Assembly: GCA_964595645.1 (NCBI GenBank)
Contig: CAZQQT010000001.1
Coordinates: 160,001 to 224,000 of the forward strand
Reading direction: 5' to 3'
Length of the DNA stretch: 64,000 bases
From: an uncultured Thermococci archaeon
Lineage (GTDB): Archaea > Methanobacteriota_B > Thermococci > Methanofastidiosales > B48-G16
Shown here: piece by piece, positions 28,273 to 38,348 of the stretch
How the letters are laid out: each line of letters starts with the position of its first letter
Numbering within the stretch: the stretch's first letter is position 1
Notes under the pieces: model-generated
Told to the model about the DNA's origin: nothing
Database searches by the model: none
The model's input: only the letters and a program-made list of their open reading frames with translations
Position numbers and translations under genes: made by a program

Positions 28273-30416
28273 GCGTGTTGGTACATGTACTTTGCCGTTT
28301 CGTACGGTTTCGATTTGATGGTCATCCGTGCGTCCACCACAATGGCACCTTCTCCTTCATCCAGCACCATCAGTGGGTTGATGTCCATCTCTACGATTTC
28401 AGGAAACTCGTGGCTGAGATGGGAGATACGTGAGATCGTCTCAGCGATTGAGTCAATATCTTTTTTTCCTTCTCCCCTCACGCCGTAAAGAATTTCGTAA
28501 GATTTTATGTCGTGTATCATCTCCAGAGCATCCTTTTTCGTGATTGGTGCCACTCGAAACGCTACATCCTTCAGTACCTCCACGTGGATCCCTCCGAGCC
28601 CAAACATGACGACGGGTCCAAACTGTGGATCCTCAGAGCCTCCAACGATAGTTTCAACACCCTGTTCTACCATTTCGTTCACGAGAATACCCTTTATCCT
28701 CGCTCCTGGATGTTTTTCCTTTGCGTTGTTCATTATCTCGTTATACGCCTTTTTCAGCTCCTCTTCGTCCTTTATGCCCACCTTCACGCCGCCGATATCG
28801 CTCTTGTGAATGATATCTTCAGAGACGATCTTGAGTACCACGGGGTAGCCTGTCTCCTTTGCAGCCTCGACAGCCTCATCTACTGTTGTCGTCAGTTTGT
28901 ATTTTGGGAGATGCAGTCCACAGGCCTTCAGTATATCCTTTGCTTCGTGTTCCAGGAGCTGTGTCCTTCCATCCTCTCGTGCATTACGAATTATCGAATT
29001 TATTCTCTTCTTGTCTATTTCTACCGTAGTTTTCTTTTTCTTTTCTTCCTTTGTGTAGTTCCACCAGTCATACAGTGCCCCCAGCGAGTTTACAGCCCTC
29101 TCAGGTTGAGGGTAGGCGGGGATTTGATGTTTGTTAAGAATATCTAGAGCATTTTTGCTTTCCTCTCCACCAATAAAGTTGAAGACTATTGGTTTTTTTT
29201 CGTCGTCAGAGAGAGTCTCCACGTATTCCACAACTCTTTTTGAGAACTCCACGGTGTCGAAGGCAGCTGTTTCGCAGTTGAGTACGATTAACGACGAAAT
29301 TTTACCCGATTCCAGCGCTGTTTTAAAGGCGTTGAAATACTCCTCTACAGTTACCTGCCCCGTGAGATCAATGGGGTTTTTTGTGGAGCCAAAGGTGGGC
29401 ATGTATGGCCTGAATGTTTCTTCGAGGAACTCTTGGTCATCCAGCAGCGGAATTCCCTCTTTTTCACAGGAGTCTGTAGCCAGTACACCGACGCCCCCCC
29501 CGTTGGTGAGGATTACAACCTCTTCACCATCCGGTTTTGGGAGAGAAAACATTCGTGCCCAGTCAAATGCTTTTTCCATGGTATCGGCGCGGAGAATACC
29601 ACTCTGCTTAAATGCTGCCGAGTACACCTGGTCACTTCCTGCAAGGCTGCCTGTATGGGATGCGGCTGCCTTGGCACCCCTCTCACTTCTTCCCGATTTG
29701 ATAATCACGATGGGTTTTTTCTTTGAAACCTTCTCTGCCGTTTCAAGGAACTTCCGCCCTTCCTTCACCCCCTCCATATAGACAACAACGCCACGGGTAT
29801 TTTTGTCCTCAGAAAAATATTTGAGGAGATCATCATCATCGATATCTGCTTTATTCCCAACACTGACAACAGCGGAAAGTCCGATGTGTTCCAGCACAGT
29901 CCATCCGATGAGTGCACCGCCCAGCGCTCCACTTTGAGTAATACAGGCGACATCTCCAGGCATTACTTCTCGAGGGCCGAACGTCGCGTTGAGCTTGGAT
30001 GGCGTATAAATTACACCGAAGATATTCGGTCCAAGCAGTGCAATATTGTACCTTTCTGCGAGAGTAGTGAGCATCTCCTCCTCTTTCTCATTTCCCACCT
30101 CAGAGAATCCGGATGTAATAACTGCCGCGGCTTTTACTCCTTTTTTTCCACACTCTTTGAGTACTTTAGCTACAAACTTGGCCGGCACGACAATCACAGC
30201 AAGATCAATATCCTCTTTTACATCTAACACAGAGTTATACGCCTTTTTTCCCATTATTTCGTCTCTTTTAATGTTTATTGGATAAATTTTTCCTTCGTAT
30301 CCGTACTCGAGAATGTTTTCCATGATTTCGTACCCTATTTTTCCCTTCGTAGCAGATGCGCCGATCACAGCGATGCTTTTAGGAGTGAACAGGTACTGCA
30401 CGTTCTCTTCCGACAT
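28269..30416 (-). CDS. acd: Acetate/acyl-CoA ligase (ADP-forming), fused alpha-beta
   Basis: SIAVIGAS, QSGA, ASHTGSLAG phospho-His, HKSDIGGV ATP-grasp, DINPL. Confidence 0.9.
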   Translation of the reverse strand: MSEENVQYLFTPKSIAVIGASATKGKIGYEIMENILEYGYEGKIYPINIKRDEIMGKKAYNSVLDVKEDIDLAVIVVPAKFVAKVLKECGKKGVKAAAVITSGFSEVGNEKEEEMLTTLAERYNIALLGPNIFGVIYTPSKLNATFGPREVMPGDVACITQSGALGGALIGWTVLEHIGLSAVVSVGNKADIDDDDLLKYFSEDKNTRGVVVYMEGVKEGRKFLETAEKVSKKKPIVIIKSGRSERGAKAAASHTGSLAGSDQVYSAAFKQSGILRADTMEKAFDWARMFSLPKPDGEEVVILTNGGGVGVLATDSCEKEGIPLLDDQEFLEETFRPYMPTFGSTKNPIDLTGQVTVEEYFNAFKTALESGKISSLIVLNCETAAFDTVEFSKRVVEYVETLSDDEKKPIVFNFIGGEESKNALDILNKHQIPAYPQPERAVNSLGALYDWWNYTKEEKKKKTTVEIDKKRINSIIRNAREDGRTQLLEHEAKDILKACGLHLPKYKLTTTVDEAVEAAKETGYPVVLKIVSEDIIHKSDIGGVKVGIKDEEELKKAYNEIMNNAKEKHPGARIKGILVNEMVEQGVETIVGGSEDPQFGPVVMFGLGGIHVEVLKDVAFRVAPITKKDALEMIHDIKSYEILYGVRGEGKKDIDSIAETISRISHLSHEFPEIVEMDINPLMVLDEGEGAIVVDARMTIKSKPYETAKYMYQHA

Positions 30417-30890
30417 TTATTCCACCAATCTTATACCATGTATGTGTTTGCACATTTCAGTGAGAAAGGAGATATCAATAGAACCGGGATTTGATCGCAA
30501 TCCTTCAATCGTTTTTATCTTCTCATTGATAAATTTTCCAATGGTTTTCTCATCTTCCCCGATGAGCTCTACAACAATATCATGATCCCCAGCGGTAACA
30601 CCCACCATCTGAACTTTGTTGTATTTCGCGATCTTTTTTGCCACCTCGTTTATTTTTCCCGGATCAACGCTGAGTCCCAGAATAGCAAAGGAGCTGTATC
30701 CTAGCTTTTCATAGTTGATCACAGTTGAAAATCGTTCTATGATATCTTTTTTAATCATTTTTTTGATTCGAGAGTGAACTGTTGTTGTGCCGATTCCAAC
30801 CTTATCAGCTATTTTGTGGTACGGCATCTTTGCGTCCTCACGTAGAAGATCGAGGATCTTTCTATCTATCTTGTCCATATGGATCACCAT
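30417..30890 (-). CDS. Lrp/AsnC transcription regulator
   Basis: DKIDRKILDLL HTH, TAGDHDI. Confidence 0.9.
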   Translation of the reverse strand: MVIHMDKIDRKILDLLREDAKMPYHKIADKVGIGTTTVHSRIKKMIKKDIIERFSTVINYEKLGYSSFAILGLSVDPGKINEVAKKIAKYNKVQMVGVTAGDHDIVVELIGEDEKTIGKFINEKIKTIEGLRSNPGSIDISFLTEMCKHIHGIRLVE

Positions 30891-31008
30891 ATTAAATTAA
30901 ATTCTTCCCTTTATAAATTTTCCGAAAAAATATTCACCACAGGCCCCTTGATGACCATACCCTAAAGTAATATTTAGAATTTAGTATTGAAATGTCTATA
31001 AGACGGAT

Positions 31009-31024
31009 CCGAAAATCTTTTAAA
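31009..31024 (+). promoter_or_regulatory. BRE-TATA promoter of the acuA-like operon
   Basis: ccgaaaatc-ttttaaa; a divergent promoter (cggaaaatttataaa) lies on the minus strand near 30910-30924. Confidence 0.55.
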
Positions 31025-31115
31025 TCAATGACCACAATGTTCTATAATGATGGAAAAAAATTTTGCAATATTAAAAAATGGAAGATTATTATTCTCATAA
31101 CTTTAAAGGTGTAAC

Positions 31116-31760
31116 ATGAAAACAAATGAGACTTCAGAAAACATCAAAAAAATCCGTTCCGAACCAAAAGGAAAATTTGAAAATTATACGTTTTCTATAG
31201 GAGAAACGATACATGTGGTACAGCGAGCATCGCCAGAAGACATACGCTCATTAAAAATGAATGAGGGCATGGGAAACTTTTTTGAAAACTTTGAAAATCC
31301 CCCAAAAGAAACAAAAAAGATGCTTAGCAGTCTTGCAAAGGAAAATATTGTATGTATCGCGTATAACAAAAACGATGAGATAATAGGCTATCTCTCTGTG
31401 GTAAGCCCGGATGATGATCGATTCGATCTTGAAAATGTTTATCAAATAGGTGCTATAGAAGTGAGCAAAAAGTATAGAAAGAAAGGAGTTGCTATGGAGC
31501 TCATGGACCTATTCAAAAGTGAATTTTTTGACAATAAAATTGTCTACACCTTTTGCTACTCGTGGCACTGGGACACACCGAAGAACAATAAAAAAACATA
31601 TAGAAAAAAACTCTTAAGTCTTTTACATTCCCAAAATTTCTCAGAAAAGCCTATAAATGATATCAATATAAAAATGGATGAATACAACATTTTTGCGGTG
31701 AGATATGGAGAAAAAACAGATCCAGAATTGATAGAAGAATTCAAAAAGAAACTTATTTAA
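31116..31760 (+). CDS. acuA: AcuA-type GNAT protein acetyltransferase
   Basis: GAIEVSKKYRKKGVA, YSWHWD...YRKKL, VRYGE. Confidence 0.75.
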   Translation: MKTNETSENIKKIRSEPKGKFENYTFSIGETIHVVQRASPEDIRSLKMNEGMGNFFENFENPPKETKKMLSSLAKENIVCIAYNKNDEIIGYLSVVSPDDDRFDLENVYQIGAIEVSKKYRKKGVAMELMDLFKSEFFDNKIVYTFCYSWHWDTPKNNKKTYRKKLLSLLHSQNFSEKPINDINIKMDEYNIFAVRYGEKTDPELIEEFKKKLI

Positions 31761-31799
31761 GTATCTCCCTTTGAATATTGCATATATGGGTGAATTGCA

Positions 31800-33683
31800 A
31801 TGAGCTGGAAAGAAAAGTATAGCGATAAAGTAATGCCTGTAAAAGAGGCGTTGGATGCAATAGAGAATGGAGATCGAGTGTTTATTGGTGGAGGTGCAGC
31901 TCAGCCCAAGACTCTTGTAGAGGGAATGTTGGAACGAGGAAAACAGCTGATGGATACGGAAATTATTCACACGCTCACCCTTGGTGTCACCCCATATACT
32001 TCCCCCAAGTTCGCGGATGTGTTTAGACACAATGCCTTTTTTATAAGTCAGGATGCCCGACAAGCTGTAAAGGAGGGCAGAGCAGATTATACGCCCATAT
32101 TCCTTTCCGAGATCCCAAGAAATTTCAAACTTGGATTAATACCAATTGATATTGCACTGGTGCAGGTCTCACCCCCTGATGAGTACGGATTTTTCAGTCT
32201 TGGTACTTCTGTGGATATCGTCAAAAGCGCGGTAGAGGCGAGCGATATCGTAATCGCAGAGGTCAATGAGCAGATGCCGCGGACGCTCGGTGACAGCTTC
32301 ATTCACATCAGTGACATTGAAACGCTTGTGGCAGCAGACTATGCGCTACCCGAGTGGGAAGAACCGGAAGAAACAGAAATAGCGGGCAAAATTGGCGCGT
32401 ATGTGGCGAGCCTTGTGGAAAATGGCTCGACGATACAGACAGGATATGGAAGCATTCCAAACGCTGTCCTTGCTTCTTTAGAGGACAAAAAGGATCTTGG
32501 TATCCATACTGAGATGTTCTCCGACGGTGTTGCAGATCTTGTGGAGAAAGGTGTTATTACATGTGAGGAAAAGTCGATTCACCGAGGAAAGATAATTGGC
32601 TCCTTCTGTGTCGGATCAAAAAAGATATACGATTTTGTCGATAACAATCCCCTCGTTGAGTTCCATCCGGTGGAATATACCAACGATCCCTTTGTTATCG
32701 CAAAAAACGATAAAATGGTGGCCATCAACTCTGCACTGGAAGTAGATTTTACCGGGCAGGTATGTGCAGATTCGCTGGGTCCAATGTTCTACTCCGGTAT
32801 TGGCGGGCACTGTGATTTCATGCGCGGTGCAGCACGTGCTGAAGGCGGCAAACCGATCATTGTCATGCCATCTACAGCGGAGAATGGAGAAACGTCACGG
32901 ATCGTTCCTTTCCTCAGCCAGGGTGCGGGTGTCGTTGAAACGAGGGGAGATATTCACTATGTCGTGACAGAATACGGTATTGCGTATCTCTATGGAAGAA
33001 CGATACGTGAACGAGTCTTGGAACTCATCAATATTGCCCATCCCAAGTTCCGTACCGAATTACTTGAGAAGGCAAAGGAGCTGAACTACATCTATGAGGA
33101 TCAGCTTGAGAAAGGGTTTGAAGAGGACGTACGTTATCCAGCGCAGTGGGAAACAGAGAAAATAATGAAAGATGGAACGTTAATGCACTTTAGACCTATA
33201 AAACCCACGGATGAACCGGAACTCCGAGAGTTCATGTACTCTCTGTCAGATGAGAGCCTCTATATGCGGTTCTTTACCAAAGTAAAAGCGATGCCTCACA
33301 AACGGGTGCAGTATTTCGCTAACGTGGATTATAAGTGGACCATGGCCATCTGTGGATTCGCAGAGGAAAAAGGAGTGAAGAGACTCGTTGCAGTTGGAAG
33401 ATACGGGAGATCGAAGGGAGAGAACATGGCCGAAGTAGCATTTCTAGTGCACGATGACTATCAGGGGATCGGTATCGGCGGATTCCTGTTTAATTACCTC
33501 ATTAAAATAGCCAAGGCAAATAACGTCAAGGGTTTCACTGCAGAGGTCCTTCCAGAGAACAGGAAAATGCTTGAAATATTCTTCAAAAGTGGTTATGAGA
33601 TAAAAAGTACGCTGGAAGGAGGCAATTATCATATAGAGTTCACTTTTGACTCAAAAAAAGAGAACAAAGAAAAATCTTCTTAA
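31800..33683 (+). CDS. Acetyl-CoA hydrolase / 4-hydroxybutyrate-type CoA-transferase fused to a C-terminal GNAT
   Basis: DLGIHTEMFSDG, YSGIGG, VVTEYG, IAHPKFR; then LYMRFF, AEVAFLVHDDYQGIGIG, ENRKML. Confidence 0.85.
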   Translation: MSWKEKYSDKVMPVKEALDAIENGDRVFIGGGAAQPKTLVEGMLERGKQLMDTEIIHTLTLGVTPYTSPKFADVFRHNAFFISQDARQAVKEGRADYTPIFLSEIPRNFKLGLIPIDIALVQVSPPDEYGFFSLGTSVDIVKSAVEASDIVIAEVNEQMPRTLGDSFIHISDIETLVAADYALPEWEEPEETEIAGKIGAYVASLVENGSTIQTGYGSIPNAVLASLEDKKDLGIHTEMFSDGVADLVEKGVITCEEKSIHRGKIIGSFCVGSKKIYDFVDNNPLVEFHPVEYTNDPFVIAKNDKMVAINSALEVDFTGQVCADSLGPMFYSGIGGHCDFMRGAARAEGGKPIIVMPSTAENGETSRIVPFLSQGAGVVETRGDIHYVVTEYGIAYLYGRTIRERVLELINIAHPKFRTELLEKAKELNYIYEDQLEKGFEEDVRYPAQWETEKIMKDGTLMHFRPIKPTDEPELREFMYSLSDESLYMRFFTKVKAMPHKRVQYFANVDYKWTMAICGFAEEKGVKRLVAVGRYGRSKGENMAEVAFLVHDDYQGIGIGGFLFNYLIKIAKANNVKGFTAEVLPENRKMLEIFFKSGYEIKSTLEGGNYHIEFTFDSKKENKEKSS

Positions 33684-33736
33684 CATTTGCCTTTTTTATG
33701 CGGAAGTTATAAAAATTGTACAGGAGAGGGAGTGAT

Positions 33737-35263
33737 ATGGATCTTACTGTAAGATTATTGGATTTAGATGCAGCGGGCAAGACGATTGTGATTCTCAATG
33801 AGCAGGATGCTCTTGAGCTGGGTGTCTACCCTCTAGACAGAGTATGTCTAGAGAGTGAGTTGACGGCAATAGTAAACACAAGCGATAAATTTGTGAAACG
33901 AGGAGAAATTGTGGCCTACGAGGAGGTTTGGGAGATCCTGAATCTGCAAGAAGGTCAGACGGTGGAGGTGAATCCTCTCACCCAGTTTAGATCGAGCGAG
34001 TACATACGAAGAAAAATAACTGGAAAGGAACTAGAACAGGAGGAGATTAACGCAATTGTACAAGACGTTGTGGATAGAAATTTAAGTGATTTGGAGTTAG
34101 CTGCTTTTATTACGGCTCTCTCAATTAAAAGATTATCTAAAGAAGAAAAAAAATCATTAACGCGAGCGATGACAGATGTAGGTACACGATTAGATATAAA
34201 GAGAGATATCATTGCGGATAAACACAGTATTGGTGGAGTTCCTGGCGATAAAACTACCATACTGTTGGTTCCTATCATTGCATCTGCCGGTCTTACTATC
34301 CCCAAAACGTCCTCCCGTGCGGTGACCTCTCCCGCCGGAACCGCCGATAGGGTTGAAATGCTTACCAATGTGGAGCTGGAGAAGGAGGAGATCGAGGAGA
34401 CCGTGCGGAAGACAAATGGATGCATGGTCTGGGGGGGAGCCCTGGATCTCGCACCTGCCGATGATCTTTTCATTCAGATAGAACGACCACTTCATGTCGA
34501 TCCTCTCCTTCTTCCTTCAATTTTAAGCAAGAAAAAAGCAGTAAATGCGTCCCATGTTGTCTTAGACATCCCTTCTGGAAGAGGAGCAAAAATAAAAACC
34601 TTTTCGGATGCGAGAGAACTGGCGGATGATTTCATTACACTGGGCAAAGACTTAGGTATGGTCTTGGAGTGTGGTATCACCTTCGGTGAACAGCCTATCG
34701 GTCACACCATCGGAGCTGCACTTGAGGCACGTGAGGCTCTGGAGACGGTTATGGGCAGAGGCGCGTATGACCTCGTGGATAAAGCAACCTCACTGGCAGG
34801 TATTTTACTGGAGATCACGGGAAAATCAGGAAATGGAAAAAAATTAGCATTGGAACTCTTCGAAAAGAAGGCAGAGGAAAAACTGAGAGAGATAATCGAG
34901 GTCCAGGGCGGCGATCCTGATATTACTCCTGAGGATATAGAAGTGGGATCGCGGACATTCACACTTCACGCTACAGAAGAGGGAGAAGTGAGGTGGGTGA
35001 ACAATGTGCAATTGGTGACCTTGGCAAAAAATCTCGGTTGTCCTAAAGACAAGAGAGCAGGAGTCAAGATCCACAAAAAACTTGGTGATATTGTGAAAAA
35101 GGGAGATCCACTGCTGACACTCTATGCCGAGAAACGCTATAAGTTGCAGACAGCTGAAAAGAATCTTGAGAAAATGGAACCGATTGTTGTTATGGATGAA
35201 CTGGAGAAGCATATGCTCACCAAAAAGATCCCGGAAGAGGAGATCCTTTTCATGAGGACATAA
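33737..35263 (+). CDS. AMP phosphorylase
   Basis: DKHSIGGVPG, PKTSSRAVTSPAGTAD, archaeal N-terminal domain. Confidence 0.9.
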   Translation: MDLTVRLLDLDAAGKTIVILNEQDALELGVYPLDRVCLESELTAIVNTSDKFVKRGEIVAYEEVWEILNLQEGQTVEVNPLTQFRSSEYIRRKITGKELEQEEINAIVQDVVDRNLSDLELAAFITALSIKRLSKEEKKSLTRAMTDVGTRLDIKRDIIADKHSIGGVPGDKTTILLVPIIASAGLTIPKTSSRAVTSPAGTADRVEMLTNVELEKEEIEETVRKTNGCMVWGGALDLAPADDLFIQIERPLHVDPLLLPSILSKKKAVNASHVVLDIPSGRGAKIKTFSDARELADDFITLGKDLGMVLECGITFGEQPIGHTIGAALEAREALETVMGRGAYDLVDKATSLAGILLEITGKSGNGKKLALELFEKKAEEKLREIIEVQGGDPDITPEDIEVGSRTFTLHATEEGEVRWVNNVQLVTLAKNLGCPKDKRAGVKIHKKLGDIVKKGDPLLTLYAEKRYKLQTAEKNLEKMEPIVVMDELEKHMLTKKIPEEEILFMRT

Positions 35264-35300
35264 CAACTCTTAAAAATACCAGCTTCTATCCTGTGATAAC

Positions 35301-36614
35301 ATGTTACACACGGTATTCTACCCTAAAAGTATCGCTGTGATCGGCGCGTCGAAAAAGGAAGGAAAAGAAGGACACATCATCATGAAAAATATTCTCGACC
35401 TAGGATACCCTGGTGATATCTACCCTGTGAACCCAAGGTATGACGAGGTATGCGGGGTTCCATGCAAACTCATCGATGAGCTTGATGTGGATCTTGCGAT
35501 TATTGTTACCCCTCCTGAGACGGTCATTGGCATTGTTCGTGCACTGGAAGGACACGCAAAGGCGGCTGTCATTGTGACCGCAGGGTTCTCTGAGGGAAGC
35601 GAGGAAGGTGAAGCACGGGAAGAGGAACTGAAAAAAGTTATCGAGGAGACGGGAATTTGTGTGGTGGGCCCAAACACTGTAGGCATTTTAAATACTGAGA
35701 ACAACCTCACCACAACATTTGCCCAGCTGAAAGAATTAAAAAAAGGAAATATAAGTTTTATTTCTCAATCGGGCGTTGTACTCGGAGTAATTCTTCTAAA
35801 ATGTATCTCGAACGGTTATGGGATTAGTAAGGTAGCAGCTCTTGGGAACAAGATAGATCTCGATGAGGTCGATTTTTTGGAGTACTTTTTTGAGGATGAA
35901 CATACTGATGTTGTGGGCATGTACCTCGAGGAGATACAGGGAAGAAAGATGTTCGACTTTTTAAGAAAAAATAGAATGAAAAAACCAATTGTTCTTTTAA
36001 AGTCAGGCATGACAGATGCAGGAAAACAGGCAGCCATGTCGCATACATCATCACTGGCAGGAGATTACAAAGTATTTAAGGGGTTCGCAAAACAGATGAA
36101 TCTTGCTACCGTCGAGACGCTTCAGGAGCTGGTGCAGACCACAAAGACACTCTCTTTTCTCGGAAGAATAGAAGGAAGGAGACTGGCAGCTATTCACTAC
36201 ACAGGAGCGGGTTGTGTGCTTGCCTCCGATTTTGCGATACAACACGGCTTTGAGCTTCCGGAACTCTCTCAGGATACAAAGGAAAAAATTCGAAAAATCA
36301 CACCGAACTGGCATAGAATCCGGAATCCAGTGGATATCTGGCCTGCCTGGGAACAGCATAAGAAAACAGCATATGAGAGGGCACATGAGGCACTACAGGA
36401 GGATGAGAACATCGACATTATCCTGATCGGATTTCCTGCGATGCATGGCATGACTCTTCCGGATCTCACCGTAAAAAAACCAACAGTTTTTTGTATAGAG
36501 GGAGACACAGCACTCAAAGAGATGTTCAGAAAAAAACTTGAGAGCAGTGGAATTCCATGTTTTGTCAGTGAGAAGAAGTGTATCGAGACGCTGGACAGAA
36601 TATCAGTGTTTTAA
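35301..36614 (+). CDS. ADP-forming acyl-CoA synthetase alpha-like subunit (no ATP-grasp)
   Basis: YPKSIAVIGAS, GPNTVG, SQSG, SHTSSLAG, NPVD. Confidence 0.8.
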   Translation: MLHTVFYPKSIAVIGASKKEGKEGHIIMKNILDLGYPGDIYPVNPRYDEVCGVPCKLIDELDVDLAIIVTPPETVIGIVRALEGHAKAAVIVTAGFSEGSEEGEAREEELKKVIEETGICVVGPNTVGILNTENNLTTTFAQLKELKKGNISFISQSGVVLGVILLKCISNGYGISKVAALGNKIDLDEVDFLEYFFEDEHTDVVGMYLEEIQGRKMFDFLRKNRMKKPIVLLKSGMTDAGKQAAMSHTSSLAGDYKVFKGFAKQMNLATVETLQELVQTTKTLSFLGRIEGRRLAAIHYTGAGCVLASDFAIQHGFELPELSQDTKEKIRKITPNWHRIRNPVDIWPAWEQHKKTAYERAHEALQEDENIDIILIGFPAMHGMTLPDLTVKKPTVFCIEGDTALKEMFRKKLESSGIPCFVSEKKCIETLDRISVF

Positions 36615-36720
36615 ATACTCTATACTATAGCGTGTATATTCCACAAATTTTTCTAGAAATGTTTATTTTAATCACCAAAAATTTTTAAATACATAGCGTA
36701 TATAAATTATGGGGATTTGA

Positions 36721-37827
36721 ATGCATGATATATTAAAAAGTTGTGGAGCGGTGTTGTGTCTTTTTTTTGTCGTAGCATGTGTCGGTACAGAGGAAAAAAT
36801 CAGGAATACAGTGATTATTGAGGATAAGGGAAATAATAGTGGTGATTTTGTATTGCCAACAGAAGATGGATTTATTATTTTTGGAAAAAATTCTTTTAAT
36901 AGAGAAACCGAGCCAAGACTTCTAAAAATCGATAAAAACTACAACATTCTTTGGTCTAAGAGCTACGCCATTGAAGGGGAGTATTATATATCTCGTGACC
37001 TTCTTGAAACAGAAGAGGGCTATCTTCTTTCCGGCTGTGTGCAATCACTAGAAGAGAGATACTCAAAGATCATGGTTTTGAAGACGGATAAAGAAGGAAA
37101 TGAGCAATGGCGGGGGTACTACACAGGTCTTGGCTATTCAATGTATGGATCTGTTTTATCAGTAGATAGTGGCTTTATCATCGCCGGTCTCACATACTCT
37201 TTACCTGGAACGCCGACGAGTACTTTTCTTATAAAAGTCAATGAGGAAGGAAATAAAGAGTGGCAAGAAGTTTACGGCAAAAATCAGACAGGAAATGTTG
37301 TCTGCAAGGCTGAAAATGGTTATCTCATAGCTGGAATGAGTCGAGCGAATGACAATGGAGACCTGCTCTTGATAAAAGTGAATAAATTAGGAGAAAAAAT
37401 ATGGTCAAAAACATATCATAAAACAGCCGTCGAATGGCCGTGTTCAGTATTTTCTGTTAATGATGGGTATGTAGTGGCAGGATACAGCTCGGGACATGGT
37501 GGAGATTTTCTACTCATGAACGTGGATAAGCGGGGTAAGGAACTATGGTCAAAAAGATACGATAACGAAGATGAGCTTCCAAGAGATGCTATAGAAACGG
37601 ATAATGGGATTATTATGGTAGGATCAACATTTCCTGCTTTTGAAGCTGAAAAGGATATATTTATCGTAAAAACTGATAAGGAAGGAAATGAGGAGTGGCG
37701 CAAGATCAGAGAGGATGAGAAGAGCCAGATAGCACACTCTCTCTGCAAGGTAGAGGAGAGTATTTTTGTTGTTGGAACGACGACAAAAAAGGAAGAGGGA
37801 GATGTACTCTTAATACAAATAGAATAA
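36721..37827 (+). CDS. Lipoprotein with repeated beta-propeller blades
   Basis: Lipobox VVAC; about seven repeats of GY/FxxAG...LLKxDxxGxxxWxKxY. Confidence 0.75.
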   Translation: MHDILKSCGAVLCLFFVVACVGTEEKIRNTVIIEDKGNNSGDFVLPTEDGFIIFGKNSFNRETEPRLLKIDKNYNILWSKSYAIEGEYYISRDLLETEEGYLLSGCVQSLEERYSKIMVLKTDKEGNEQWRGYYTGLGYSMYGSVLSVDSGFIIAGLTYSLPGTPTSTFLIKVNEEGNKEWQEVYGKNQTGNVVCKAENGYLIAGMSRANDNGDLLLIKVNKLGEKIWSKTYHKTAVEWPCSVFSVNDGYVVAGYSSGHGGDFLLMNVDKRGKELWSKRYDNEDELPRDAIETDNGIIMVGSTFPAFEAEKDIFIVKTDKEGNEEWRKIREDEKSQIAHSLCKVEESIFVVGTTTKKEEGDVLLIQIE

Positions 37828-37834
37828 AAAGGAG

Positions 37835-38158
37835 ATGAAAAATATGAAAAAATTAATTTGTGCGATGCTTGCTTGCTTGTTACTAGCAGGCATGGTCAGT
37901 GTTGTAGCAGATGAAAATGATAAATGTCCGTGCAATAAAAAAGATAACGTTGAGCCGATGTACATAGGGGCAACAGAGACTAAATGTATGTGTTTTCCTT
38001 ACGATGACTCGAAGCCCTATACATGTGCATGCCGGGACCGCGAGTGTCGCTATCTCTCAGGTGAGTGGCACTGTGGTGCTTGGGCTGCAACATGGACAGT
38101 TGACTACAATATATGCCTCGCCTATGGTGGTCTTTTTGGTTGCAATTGGTATCACTGA
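37835..38158 (+). CDS. Secreted cysteine-rich small protein
   Basis: AAGGAG SD, signal peptide, 10 Cys in the mature region. Confidence 0.7.
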   Translation: MKNMKKLICAMLACLLLAGMVSVVADENDKCPCNKKDNVEPMYIGATETKCMCFPYDDSKPYTCACRDRECRYLSGEWHCGAWAATWTVDYNICLAYGGLFGCNWYH

Positions 38159-38161
38159 GTG

Positions 38162-38202
38162 ATTTTTCTCCTCCACGTTTCTTTTTCTTCTTTTTCCCTT
38201 TA
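38162..38202 (+). terminator. Oligo-T terminator
   Basis: T-rich tract directly after stop 38158. Confidence 0.5.
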
Positions 38203-38348
38203 CTTATTTCACTCGCTGCAAGAATCTATACTTCATTCTGTATGTGGTCTTCTCCCTCGATAAGAAAGCTTAAGATAAATATGGAGTTATGGATGTGAAG
38301 AATCACAAGGTATAAAAATAAACGAGGGAAAAAGTATATGGTGAGTTC

